Source: an archaeon (GTDB taxonomy: Archaea; Asgardarchaeota; Thorarchaeia; Thorarchaeales; Thorarchaeaceae). Taken from it: DNA of 32,000 nucleotides. Positions 8,474 to 18,400 of this stretch are shown here, piece by piece. Position numbers and translations under genes: made by a program. Position 1 is the first letter of the stretch, and every line of letters begins with the position of its first letter. The stretch is from the NCBI GenBank assembly GCA_024275415.1, contig JAJRZD010000032.1:1-32000 (forward strand), given 5' to 3'. A model generated the notes under the pieces. That model made no database searches. It worked only from the letters and a program-made list of their open reading frames with translations, and had not been told where the DNA came from.

Positions 8474-9649
8474 CTATCTGTGGCCTGCAATAATATCACT
8501 CTTCAGGTCGGTCAGTATCTCCTCCCACCATTCATCACCGTTCCTTTGTGCGATACGTATTGATTCATCAATGATTGGTAGTGTCTTTTCCTTGTCGATA
8601 TTGGACAGAGCGACCATTGCTTCAGCTGCACCAGGCCAGTTTGGGTCTGCAATCCTTGCCAATAGCTCGCTGATCATAAGAGGTGTTTCAGGGCGCATTG
8701 AGATAATCCTTACGATGGCGGGCCATGTGGCTTTCCAGCCAAGATTTGTCAACCTTATCATCTCTAGGAATTCCTTATCGCTATGATGTTGACTCCAGTA
8801 TTGGATGGTTCTGTTCTGAATCACTTCAGGAGCCCCCCAAGTCAGGGTTTCGTGCCAGGCAATCTGATTCCAAGTTTTTTGAGGAATTGAGAGAGGTTCA
8901 TCAGACAACCTACCAGGAACATACGTCTGCAGGTCATATGGTGAAGGCGCATCTGTTGCTATTGTGGGGCTCACAAAAGAGGATTCAGCACCGGATGAGA
9001 ACCTCTCGATAATAGTTCTCGCGGCATTCCAAATACGGTCTTGGACTCTTGCTTGCGCTAGTATTCTAGTTTCAAAATCCTTGATTATAGGAAGGTTGTC
9101 ACGAAGATCGTTTACTAGGGATTCGATGACTGTCCCATCCGTTTGACCTTGACGCTTCAAAACATTGAGCATACTTTCTATCCAGTTATGGCGAGTCCCC
9201 CACAGCCCATGACTGACTGAGAGTGTGGTATAGAAAATAGGTCCAGAATCATACTCGTGTATGCTGACAAGCAGGGTAATCGCAGGGTCGGGGTAATTCC
9301 ATTCGAGGACTGGAATGCCATCTTCATCGCCAAGTTCCGGTAAGAGGAAATGCATGAAATGTTTCTCTTCACCGGATAGTTTTATTCTGAAGGCACCACA
9401 CAGCTGGACATGGTCGGAAGCAAGATCAGTATGTGAGAATGCCGGTTCAGGAAGTTCATCTAAATATGTCGCATGTAATGGGTGGTTAATTTGCTCGGAA
9501 TGAATGGACTCTCTTTGGTTCCCCAGAGAAGAGAGATACATGGGGTGGAAATCCTCGCCAAACGCCTCATAAAGGAGGTAATCCCATACTTCTTCGACCG
9601 AGTGTTTTGTGTCAATGTGAATCGTTAGTTCTATTGAGTCCATATACAT
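8474..9649 (-). CDS. Hypothetical protein with DUF5071-like C-terminal helical domain
   Basis: 391-aa open frame. The C-terminal LLARIADPNWPGA...LPIIDESIRIAQRNGDEWW resembles the D-x-NWP...D-x-W pattern I recall for DUF5071. N-terminal part unassigned. Confidence 0.6.
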   Translation of the reverse strand: MYMDSIELTIHIDTKHSVEEVWDYLLYEAFGEDFHPMYLSSLGNQRESIHSEQINHPLHATYLDELPEPAFSHTDLASDHVQLCGAFRIKLSGEEKHFMHFLLPELGDEDGIPVLEWNYPDPAITLLVSIHEYDSGPIFYTTLSVSHGLWGTRHNWIESMLNVLKRQGQTDGTVIESLVNDLRDNLPIIKDFETRILAQARVQDRIWNAARTIIERFSSGAESSFVSPTIATDAPSPYDLQTYVPGRLSDEPLSIPQKTWNQIAWHETLTWGAPEVIQNRTIQYWSQHHSDKEFLEMIRLTNLGWKATWPAIVRIISMRPETPLMISELLARIADPNWPGAAEAMVALSNIDKEKTLPIIDESIRIAQRNGDEWWEEILTDLKSDIIAGHR

Positions 9650-9833
9650 ACGAGTGTCTCCAAATTGAAACCTCTTTTCTTTGAAACAAAGTTAACTACA
9701 ACAAAATATGAGAGCAATATAAGGTGGATGTTATGTGAGAAATGGACAGTCAACCACTAAGACTCGCCACCACGATAAAAAGGAGGAATCGAGCTAGATG
9801 CCTCACGACAGCCAGCTCGTTAGTCTGCTGACA

Positions 9834-10496
9834 CTATTTCATTGACTTGACCCATTCGTAGACTGGAGCACAGAGTTCCTTCATCCGCTCTTTCTCTGGA
9901 GTATCGCCTACTGTTGGTTTCCAGCCGTCAGCTGGCTCGAACCACCAGTCAGTCACAGTGCCCTGACGCTCGTCCTCTGGCTTCCAGACTACTTTCACAG
10001 GCATACCAAACTCGGTGTCCCAAGGATCAATGTTCCTGAGCTCGTTAGCAATCGCGGTCTTGCAGCCATCCACAATCACATAGGCAAGTACGAAGGGTAG
10101 TCGTTTGAGCGATGACTTGCCACTCCATCCGGCGATGGTCCAAGTATGCACAATCCCTTCCTGTTTAAGTTCAATCCATTCTGATTTTTCGATGTTGCAA
10201 TCAAGGTTCCAGCAGTTCACACGAGGGGGGAAGAACTTGTCACCGCACTTGGGGCATTTTGTCCCCATGAACTTGCCATCAATGAATCCTTTGCCGAGCT
10301 TGGAAACCTCTGCATATTTCCAGTAATAGAGCTGGTCATAATGGAGGTAGACCTTGAATTGGTCGGTTTCGGTGTCATAGTCGTATCCCATGAACCCGAT
10401 GCCAGTTTCTTTGACATCACCACGAAACTTGTTCGAGTTCTTGATGTCCCATTTGACACGGAGGGGTATCTTGTGCATTCGTTTGTCCTCAGTCAT
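9834..10496 (-). CDS. DUF35 family Zn-ribbon/OB-fold protein (thiolase partner)
   Basis: KCPKCGDKFFPPRVNCWNLDC, G.VHTWT, PFVLAYV, GMPVKVVW. Starts 2 bp after the thiolase stop. Confidence 0.9.
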   Translation of the reverse strand: MTEDKRMHKIPLRVKWDIKNSNKFRGDVKETGIGFMGYDYDTETDQFKVYLHYDQLYYWKYAEVSKLGKGFIDGKFMGTKCPKCGDKFFPPRVNCWNLDCNIEKSEWIELKQEGIVHTWTIAGWSGKSSLKRLPFVLAYVIVDGCKTAIANELRNIDPWDTEFGMPVKVVWKPEDERQGTVTDWWFEPADGWKPTVGDTPEKERMKELCAPVYEWVKSMK

Positions 10497-10498
10497 CT

Positions 10499-11776
10499 TT
10501 AGGGCCTCCTGAGAATGAAGTTCGAGATACTGGTTCCAGTACCTGCGTGGCTGTTGACAAGACCCGTGTTTGCATCTTTGACGTAGGTCTTGGAACTCAA
10601 GTGTTTCTTGGGCGCTGTATCATTGAGGTGGTACATACATTCGATTGCAGACATGAGACCAGTCGCACCGACAGGATGTCCATAGCCCATGAGACCTCCG
10701 CCTACGTTGGTAGGCACATCACCATCAAGGAAGGTGCGTTTCTCACGGATGAACTCCTGCATGTTGTCCTTATCACACCAGTGCAAAGCCTTGTAAATCT
10801 GCACTTCGGAGGAGCTAAAGGCGTCGTGAATCTCTGCTACATCAATCTCCTTCACTGCCCGCTTATACTCTATGCCTGCCATGTCATAGGCAACTTCACC
10901 AGACCTCCGACAAGCAGCGAACTCGGTCATGTCAGGATAGCCCTTACCATATCGTTCATTCCATCCAGGGAAGTCAATTCGATCCCCTGCCCGAATGGTA
11001 CAACTGCTCAGACCTGCCCCATCAATAACGACATAATTGTGTGGAGCGTGCTTCTTCGCCCACTCCTCGGTGGTTATTAAGGCGAACGCACCCCCACGGC
11101 TCATCAGACAACAATCAAGGCGTTTCAGAGGGTAGCTAATCAATCGGCTGTCAATGATGTCTTGGACCTCAAGCTCTTTCTTGTAGTAGGGTGAATCAGG
11201 GTTATTGAAATCGCTCCGATACCACTGAGACTTCTCGTTGTCAGCAGCATAATTCCTGTTCTTCATAGCAGCAAGAGCAAAGTCCTATTCTGTAAGACCG
11301 TTCTCCTTCATGAACTTGTACGCCATTGCTGCATAGTAGATGGGGTATATCCCCCCAGCTAGTGCCTCATAGCGAGTGTCAGACGCCAGTGCAATGAACT
11401 CGGAGCCCTGCGATTGGGTCACATTGTCCATGGTTTCCCATCCTGCTACCCCAACAACATCGAACAGGCCTGACTTTACTGCTAGAAATGCACCATAGAG
11501 TGCAGAACCACCAGTGTTGCCACCATTCTCAATACGCACATGCGGTAAGCCGACTAGACCCAAATGATCGTGCACTATCCACTCTGGGCAAAGCTGCTTT
11601 CCAAAGTGAACTGAAAAGTGCGAATACACCATGAACTCTAGATCCCTAAGACTGAAATCAGGCACATCATGCTGAGTTTCAACAATACAGTTGGCAATCA
11701 TTCCTTCAGGTGTAATATGCATCGGGTAGTCGAAAGGTGTTACCGCACCGCCTGCGATACAAACTTTACGACTCAT
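10499..11776 (-). pseudogene. SCP2-type/archaeal thiolase-family protein with one in-frame TAG (codon 164) and no nucleophilic Cys
   Basis: ORFs 11285-11845 and 10499-11266 share a frame: FMKENGLTE*DFALAAMKNRNYAADN. Motifs EIHDAF, NVGGGLMGYGHPVGATG. ENGGNTGG sits where thiolases have ExACASG. Start at ATG 11776 (MSRKVCIAG). Confidence 0.8.
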
Positions 11777-12593
11777 TTTTTCATCCAATCCTTTCTTCTC
11801 CTCTCGAAGCGACAAAGAGGAATCGAATTCTCTGATTTCTTGCATCTAGTTCCCTGTACTTATACATTACCAAACACATGGTATCAAGGTCAATCTCCTG
11901 ATTGACAATGGCATTTCAATGCAACAGTCCTGAATCGTCCATACATTATTATTTTGTACATAAGTTAATAATGTTTCAAATCCATGGTAATGTGACGGCT
12001 ACATGGAACCTATTCATCATTAAGTTGGAGAGGGCAGAATGACCGCTTTGACTACGATGACAATTATGTGAAGTATCAATGGTGGGACGGCCCACGCTTC
12101 ACATGGGGAAGTAATGGTTATTATTCAGGAGAGTCTAACGAACTCTATATCGATGTGACAATTGCATACCATATGCATGACCTGCCTTTCATAAAGTGTG
12201 TTCATTGAGCACACTTCTTTTTTTGATTGCGATGTCTATGTTTGCCCGGATTATTGGAAATCTCTAAAATGCTATTCGATGCCTCTATCTTCGTGTTCAT
12301 ACCCATCGTGATTACACATACAACGGCATGGCACATGCAGGACAATCAATTCATTATGTTTCTCAGTTGGGTTTCAAACATCTGCGTAGAAACTGGAGGA
12401 AGATACGAGTGTGCACCCTTAGCATTTTATTCTGGGACTAAGAATAGCGCGCCGCTCTTATGTGGGCCATCTGAAAAGTGATAAGACCGCATGTTAATCC
12501 TACAACTTTCTTCAATATTATTCGATTTATTCCAGAGCTGCTGACAAATAGAAACTTATACGACATGTAAAACCGTTAGAGTTGGTGGTAAAA

Positions 12594-12929
12594 ATGACTT
12601 TTCCTGAGAATTGGGAGCAAGAATTGATGATTCACAGTTGGAAAATGATGAAACTCAATCGGTGTAACTATGGGCCGTATTCTGATGGACAATACTACAT
12701 ATTTCCGAACGGAATCACTGTGGAATATTATAATACAATCCGGGTAAATATAGAATTTTCAGGACTTGTAGAGTCACTTCTCAAGGGATGGAAATACAAT
12801 AAGAAAATGAACAGGAAAAAGGGAGAGATTGTATTCAAAGTGGAATTCAAAGATATCGAAGGTAAGAACAAAGTTAGGGGAGATTTTGAGGATCTATGGT
12901 GGGAGCTGTATTCATTAGAGATTGATTGA
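12594..12929 (+). CDS. Hypothetical protein, AT-rich
   Basis: 111 aa. GGTGG before the ATG and CTTATAC at 12555-12561. Two 60-nt lines I counted are 32-33% GC, versus 50% in a 60-nt sample at 16081. Confidence 0.6.
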   Translation: MTFPENWEQELMIHSWKMMKLNRCNYGPYSDGQYYIFPNGITVEYYNTIRVNIEFSGLVESLLKGWKYNKKMNRKKGEIVFKVEFKDIEGKNKVRGDFEDLWWELYSLEID

Positions 12930-12984
12930 CTAATAGATTTAGACCAAGGAATAAAAGCGTCAAGAGATGGATCAGTCACCCATA

Positions 12985-13230
12985 CTATTGAATTTGTCCA
13001 AACGTGTCACCTCCGCAAGGAGAAGCCTGGAGTGAGTCTTGGTATGCGGACAGGACTCGATTAGCATAGGTCATGGCTACATAGGTGTGACGATCCTCAG
13101 ATTGTCCGCAGGATCTGTACTGCATTAGTGTCATATTACGTGGTATCCATGCCCCTTTGCGTGCCAACCTCCTCAAGGTGGAAAGTGACACCCCAAGACG
13201 TTTTGCCATAATTCCGGTTCCGACTAACAT
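12985..13230 (-). mobile_element. Probable degenerate IS607-family tnpA (MerR-type HTH + start of a serine recombinase domain)
   Basis: MLVGTGIMAKRLGVSLSTLRRLARKGAWIP fits the IS607 TnpA HTH pattern G-x2-AK-x-LGVS-x2-TLRR-x4-G. TYANRVLSAYQDSLQ at residue ~54 sits where YARVSSxxQxxDL is expected. Truncated at 81 aa. Confidence 0.5.
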
Positions 13231-14581
13231 GCCTGATGCCAAGTTTTTTACTTTCTGCTAGCAACGAGATAGGATGTTGGCTTCTTTCAGGTACAGGGCT
13301 TGGCCGTGTGCTTGTTTTAACAGTGGTGGCAGTATATACGGGTTCCTTATAGGAAGTCCAATTCAGCCAAGCCGTAATTGCATAGTGATCAGATGCTGAA
13401 TCTGCAAGAGAGCCATCTATAACGGACGAGTTGATGAACAGTCCGTCAAAGAACGAATTGGCAATGATGTAGTCAATCCGCATGAATGCCTCTCCACTTT
13501 GTCCTCCAAAGGTATAGCCAGGATCTGAGGGGTTTAGCTCACGAAATACATCTGTGAAATTGTGGATCTTGGATGCATACTGCCCATAATTGGTGTCATT
13601 AGGATAGAGCATCATGGTCATAGGCCCATATCCGAGAAGCATTGTCGTATCAGGCGCGAGTGTGCCATTGTCATCGGGAGAGAACGAATTCTGGTCACTG
13701 AGATACAAGATTGGCACGTTACCCAAATTGTCCATGTAATTGATGATGCCTTCACTCTCAGCCTCTCTACGTCCCTGATTTGTTTCGCCACCTGATGCCT
13801 TCAGATGACCTCCTATGACATGTACCTGAGTCCCGTTGATGTCCACAAGTGCATCGATGAAGTCGTGTGTGACATAGTAGCTCGTTCCATCGTCAAGTGG
13901 CACGGTATCCACCTGTGTGAAGCTCAGTACAGGAAACCTGCTCAGTATCGCTTCGCCAGTTGTGGAGTATATTACATTTTGAGCGGTGTACGAGTCATAG
14001 GGCATCTCATCAGAGAAATAGGCATTCAACTCGCTTGTCGCTGCATTCAAGGACTCGTTGGAGGTGTTATCGAGAAGACCAGTTTCAACAAGCACCACGA
14101 TGTCAGGGTTCTCTTGCTTTATGATATCCTTCCATCCGTCGTTGAGCCCAGACTCTTTGATATTGTATTCCATGATCTTTAGATAGCCATCAAACGAGAA
14201 TTGTTCATCCACGTTATCAATGGTAACTTGGAAGTGACGAGTGTCTGCATGTCCCGCACTATCCTCAGTGGACACCCGTATCGTGTGACGACCATCGGGC
14301 TCAAGGGTCGTGTCCCACACGAAAGCATTGGATTTCGCTTTCAACGAACCATCGATGTAGACATCCGCAGTCAAGTTCTCCTCATCCGCAATGGTAATAT
14401 TGAACGTGACGATGCCAGAAAGAACGGCATTTTCGCTAGGAACTGTTACGGTTATGATAGGACGTTCATCAACCGCATCTTCAGGTGCGGAAGAGAGAAG
14501 AAAAGCAGCGCCTATAGACGCCACCAGTATGATAATGATGACCACAGCAATGAGTTGCCATTTCCGTTCTGTGCCAGACAT
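13136..14581 (-). CDS. Membrane-anchored endonuclease/exonuclease/phosphatase (EEP) family protein with an Ig-like domain
   Basis: N-terminal hydrophobic helix after GGAGGT-ATG 14581; PITVTVP...NITIAD...DGRHTIRVSTEDSAGH (Ig-like); EEP motifs MEYNI, LVE, GHLKA, SDQNS, RIDYII, SDHYA. Confidence 0.88.
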   Translation of the reverse strand: MSGTERKWQLIAVVIIIILVASIGAAFLLSSAPEDAVDERPIITVTVPSENAVLSGIVTFNITIADEENLTADVYIDGSLKAKSNAFVWDTTLEPDGRHTIRVSTEDSAGHADTRHFQVTIDNVDEQFSFDGYLKIMEYNIKESGLNDGWKDIIKQENPDIVVLVETGLLDNTSNESLNAATSELNAYFSDEMPYDSYTAQNVIYSTTGEAILSRFPVLSFTQVDTVPLDDGTSYYVTHDFIDALVDINGTQVHVIGGHLKASGGETNQGRREAESEGIINYMDNLGNVPILYLSDQNSFSPDDNGTLAPDTTMLLGYGPMTMMLYPNDTNYGQYASKIHNFTDVFRELNPSDPGYTFGGQSGEAFMRIDYIIANSFFDGLFINSSVIDGSLADSASDHYAITAWLNWTSYKEPVYTATTVKTSTRPSPVPERSQHPISLLAESKKLGIRHVSRNRNYGKTSWGVTFHLEEVGTQRGMDTT

Positions 14582-14915
14582 AGAAGACCTCCTTGAACCA
14601 CACAATAAAGTAGCAAATAAGCTTCGCCATTTGTCACAGGCAAAGGTACTCTCGAAACGCCAATACAGCCTTACAGACCTGTGAGAGGTTTCTATCGCTC
14701 TGTCAGACATCCCGATTTGAACGACGATTCTAAAATCAATGAAGCCCTCAAAACGATATCATCTAAAGGTTGCATCAAGCAGGAAAGAATCTGGTACTAA
14801 TTCAATGTGAGAAGTGAGATTCTGCGCTATAACTTCGGTGCTTGAAATACTCTATCTTTCGTCGACGCTGTGCAAATCAATAGTATAATAACTCTCGTTG
14901 TAATATTATGAGATT

Positions 14916-15392
14916 ATGAAGGATGAGGAATGCCTAGAGGAAGTTACCATCACAGTGTTCCCGCCAATTCCCGGGATTGGCATCATCGAAGAGGAACCAG
15001 TTGTCGAGGATGAAGACTCGTGTGGTGACTCGTCAATTACTCAAATTACTCCGAGGATCACTTCATCATCTGAGCAAGTGAGGATGAGAATCTCGGTCAA
15101 TGATCCAATAGTTAGAATCAATCAACTTCTGGAGAAGGCGAAGGAGAAGTACGGGGAACGAATTTGTATCAGAGTTGCAGATTACGATAACATCGATGAG
15201 GCAGTCGAATGGTTGAATGCTGCATTACGGGGAAGTGGGCAGCCTGCTCATCTTGATAATAACGCAGCATCAGCATTCATCGGCACCTCCGCTCCAATCA
15301 TTGCCATCAATAACCGGCTGTCGTTCGTTGGGATGATTCCAAATGAGGCACAGTTCTTCTCACGCCTGAAGGCAAGCCTGCGATCTGAGTAA
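14916..15392 (+). CDS. Hypothetical protein, thioredoxin-like fold suspected
   Basis: APIIAINNRLSFVGMIP resembles the cis-Pro strand pattern of small thioredoxin/ArsD-like proteins; acidic N-terminal insert; no CxxC. Confidence 0.6.
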   Translation: MKDEECLEEVTITVFPPIPGIGIIEEEPVVEDEDSCGDSSITQITPRITSSSEQVRMRISVNDPIVRINQLLEKAKEKYGERICIRVADYDNIDEAVEWLNAALRGSGQPAHLDNNAASAFIGTSAPIIAINNRLSFVGMIPNEAQFFSRLKASLRSE

Positions 15393-15421
15393 CATAATAG
15401 ATGATTATTGGAGCCTGTATA

Positions 15422-18400
15422 TTAGGACGATCCGACTTTGATTGCTTTTGGAAGGCACTCCTGAAGGATAGTTCCCAGCTTCGACACGACTTCATCTACG
15501 TTCTCCTTTGTAAAACATAGAGGAGGTTTGATCTTCAGTACATTTCTCATTATGCCATCAACACTTAGGAGCACTCCAAGTTCCTTCATGCGCTTTACAA
15601 TGTGATGAGCTTCAGCCACTGCCGGAGGACGACCACCACCAGCTCTAATAAGCTCGACTCCAAGGAAAAGTCCGATACCTCGTACATCCCCGATGAGTGG
15701 ATACTTGGACTTCAACCTCAAGAGTTCCTGCTTGAAATATTCACCTACGATTCGGGCATTCTCCTGCAGGTTCTCATTGTCAATCACATCCAACACTGCC
15801 AGTCCTACGGCACAAGACACCGTATTCCCTCCAGTCGTACTAAAGAACTCCATCCCCGTGTCGAAAGACGCAGCTATCTCCGGTGTCGTCACTACAGCCC
15901 CCATAGGATGACCGTTGCCGATAGGTTTGCCTAATGTCACAATGTCAGGAACCACATCTTGTGTTTCAAAGCCCCAGAAATGTGTCCCCATGCGACCAAA
16001 GCCAATCTGAACTTCGTCTGCGATACACACACCACCTGCAGCGCGAACATGCTCGTAAACATGTTTCAGATACTCCGAGGGAAACACCACCTGCCCAGCA
16101 CAGCTCATGACAGGCTCACATATGAAACCTGCAACATTGTACCCGCGCGATTTCAGATTCAAAATGCCAGTCTTCACAGCCTCAGCATGCTTTTTGCCCA
16201 TCCCATCAACAGAGCTATATGGACTTCGATATACATCAGCATTCGGGACTATCTCCACATTCGGTGGGGGATCATGGCCTCCAGGGCCTGCATGTTTATA
16301 GTGGCTCAGACCAATGAGATTGTCGGTATTGCCATGATACCCGCCCTCAAGTGCAATGAACCCACTCCTTTTCGTATGTGCCTTTGCCAACCTGATTGCC
16401 AGCTCATTCGCCTCACTCCCACTATTGACCAAGAAGCATACCTTGAGAGGTTCAGGAAATAACGCACATAGTCGTTTAATGTATCTAGCCAAATTATCAT
16501 GCAAGTATCTGGTGTTTGTATATAGCACCTTGGCCTGATCCTGTATCGCCTTGACTACCATTGGATGGCAATGTCCCACAGTGGGGACATTGTTCACAAC
16601 ATCAAGGTATCTTCGCCCGTCTTCGTCATAGAGATACTGCATCCAACCTCTGACAATCTTCAATGGGCTTTTGTAAGAAACACTCAGGTTCCTTCCGAGA
16701 TGTTGGTTACGGATATCTAGAATTGCCTGCGCAGTCAAGGGTGCCGATGAGAAGATGTCGTGTGATACTCCAAGAAGTAGGTTCGGGTCAGGACACAGGT
16801 TTGTCCAGAGAGACCTTTGATTCGGGGCACAGACACCATAATAGTCCCCCTCGAAATCGAACATATCTAGAATGATCTGGAAATGCAGATGTGGCGGCCA
16901 TCCTCCGTTGCTAGGGTACTCACCAATCCGAGCGATCTCCTGACCTGTGGTAACAGAATCTCCTTCTTTCAGGGAATCCAAGGAATCCTCAGTAAGGTGT
17001 GCGTATAGAGTAAAGAACGAGAAACCCTCATCCGTTTGATGCTTCAATATGATCGTCGGACCGTTGTCGTAGGGCCGGTTGTTATTCTTGAGGGCATGCA
17101 CTTTCCCATCTACGGGCGCGTAGATTGGGGTACCACTAGCAGAGAAAAGATCCATTCCAAGATGTATGGTTCTCGATTCAAAGGTCGATGTCTTGTACTG
17201 TGCACCTACATACATTAATCGTGCCTCATTATATCGTCCAATCCCAACACTGGCATTAGAAGCCTCAATCTTCGTGACAATCACCCGATTGAAACTCTTG
17301 ATATCGTTCAACTCGTCAGGACTTGCATAGTCACGACTTCCTACACTCAAATCAACAACCACAGGTTTCTCAAGATCCAGAACAGATGCAAACTTACCAC
17401 GATTGCATTCCAGCCATTCTTCAATGTGAATACTCTCAGGGTGGGCAGGGAATCCGCACGCATCACGAAATGCATACCACGCAAGTCGGGGATGTATTCC
17501 GCGGAGTTTAGCGAGAGTCCTCCATGCAGGATCCTCAGAAACACGCAGATATTCGTTGTCAGGCTCATAAGAGGCCTGTGCTGCGGACATACATACACTT
17601 TGTATAAGACGAGCGCATACCAGCGGGAAGAGAAGCCTAATCTCGTCCTCCGAGAGTGGGAATACTTGGTGATAGCCAGAAACGATGCTAACAGCAGACA
17701 TCAATGGATCGGGCTTATCGAGGATGGCATACGCGATTCCGATGGCCAAGTCCGCGATTGTGTAGGTGAACACCATATCGCCAAAATCTATTATCCCAAA
17801 AGTACGTCGATCGTCTGACCACGGTTTCTCAATCAAGACATTATAGTCATTCGCATCATTATGAGCAACACTCTTTCTCAGATTCTTCGCATCAGGAAGG
17901 AATTCGCATTCATATAGGCGATAGAAGTGCTCTATGACCTCTCGTCGTTCAGAGTCTGAAATGAGCTCTAAGTGACGCTCCACTATTTGAGGAACGTTCT
18001 TCAAATCCCAAACGAAATCGCGATGTGCCGCATCATGCTCAAAATCTGAAAGAGCGGCACTGATATAACCGAGGAATCGACCGAAATCACGAAGAAGACA
18101 TGGACTATGGGGGAGCGCTTTTGCTAGAACAGTTCCATGAATATACGTGAGCAGGCGGACAAGACACTGCTTGCCATCCCTATCACTGACTCGGACAATC
18201 AACTCGCCGTTCCGAGAAGGGATGACACGAGGAACACTGAAGAGTGGTGACTTCTTAATGATGTGCTCCATTGCCTTGTTCTGAAGATCGAGTACATTCT
18301 TAGTGTCATGAGCAGAAGAAACCTTTAGCACATAGGAAGGAGTATCATTCACAGATATGAGGAAGTTCTGATCACGTTCGCTTGGGAGAGTAGAGAACTC

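Noticed and set aside
11285-11287. Genome-wide reassignment of TAG or TAA
   Set aside because: TAG ends well-defined genes here (2160, 2167, 4769, 25081, 31666) and TAA ends others (15392, 21800, 22144, 23106).
12181-12540. tnpB remnant downstream of the IS607-like tnpA
   Set aside because: Minus-strand fragments such as IDCPACAMPLYV and CNHDGYEHEDR hint at a Zn ribbon but are in different, stop-riddled frames, and no RuvC motifs are visible.
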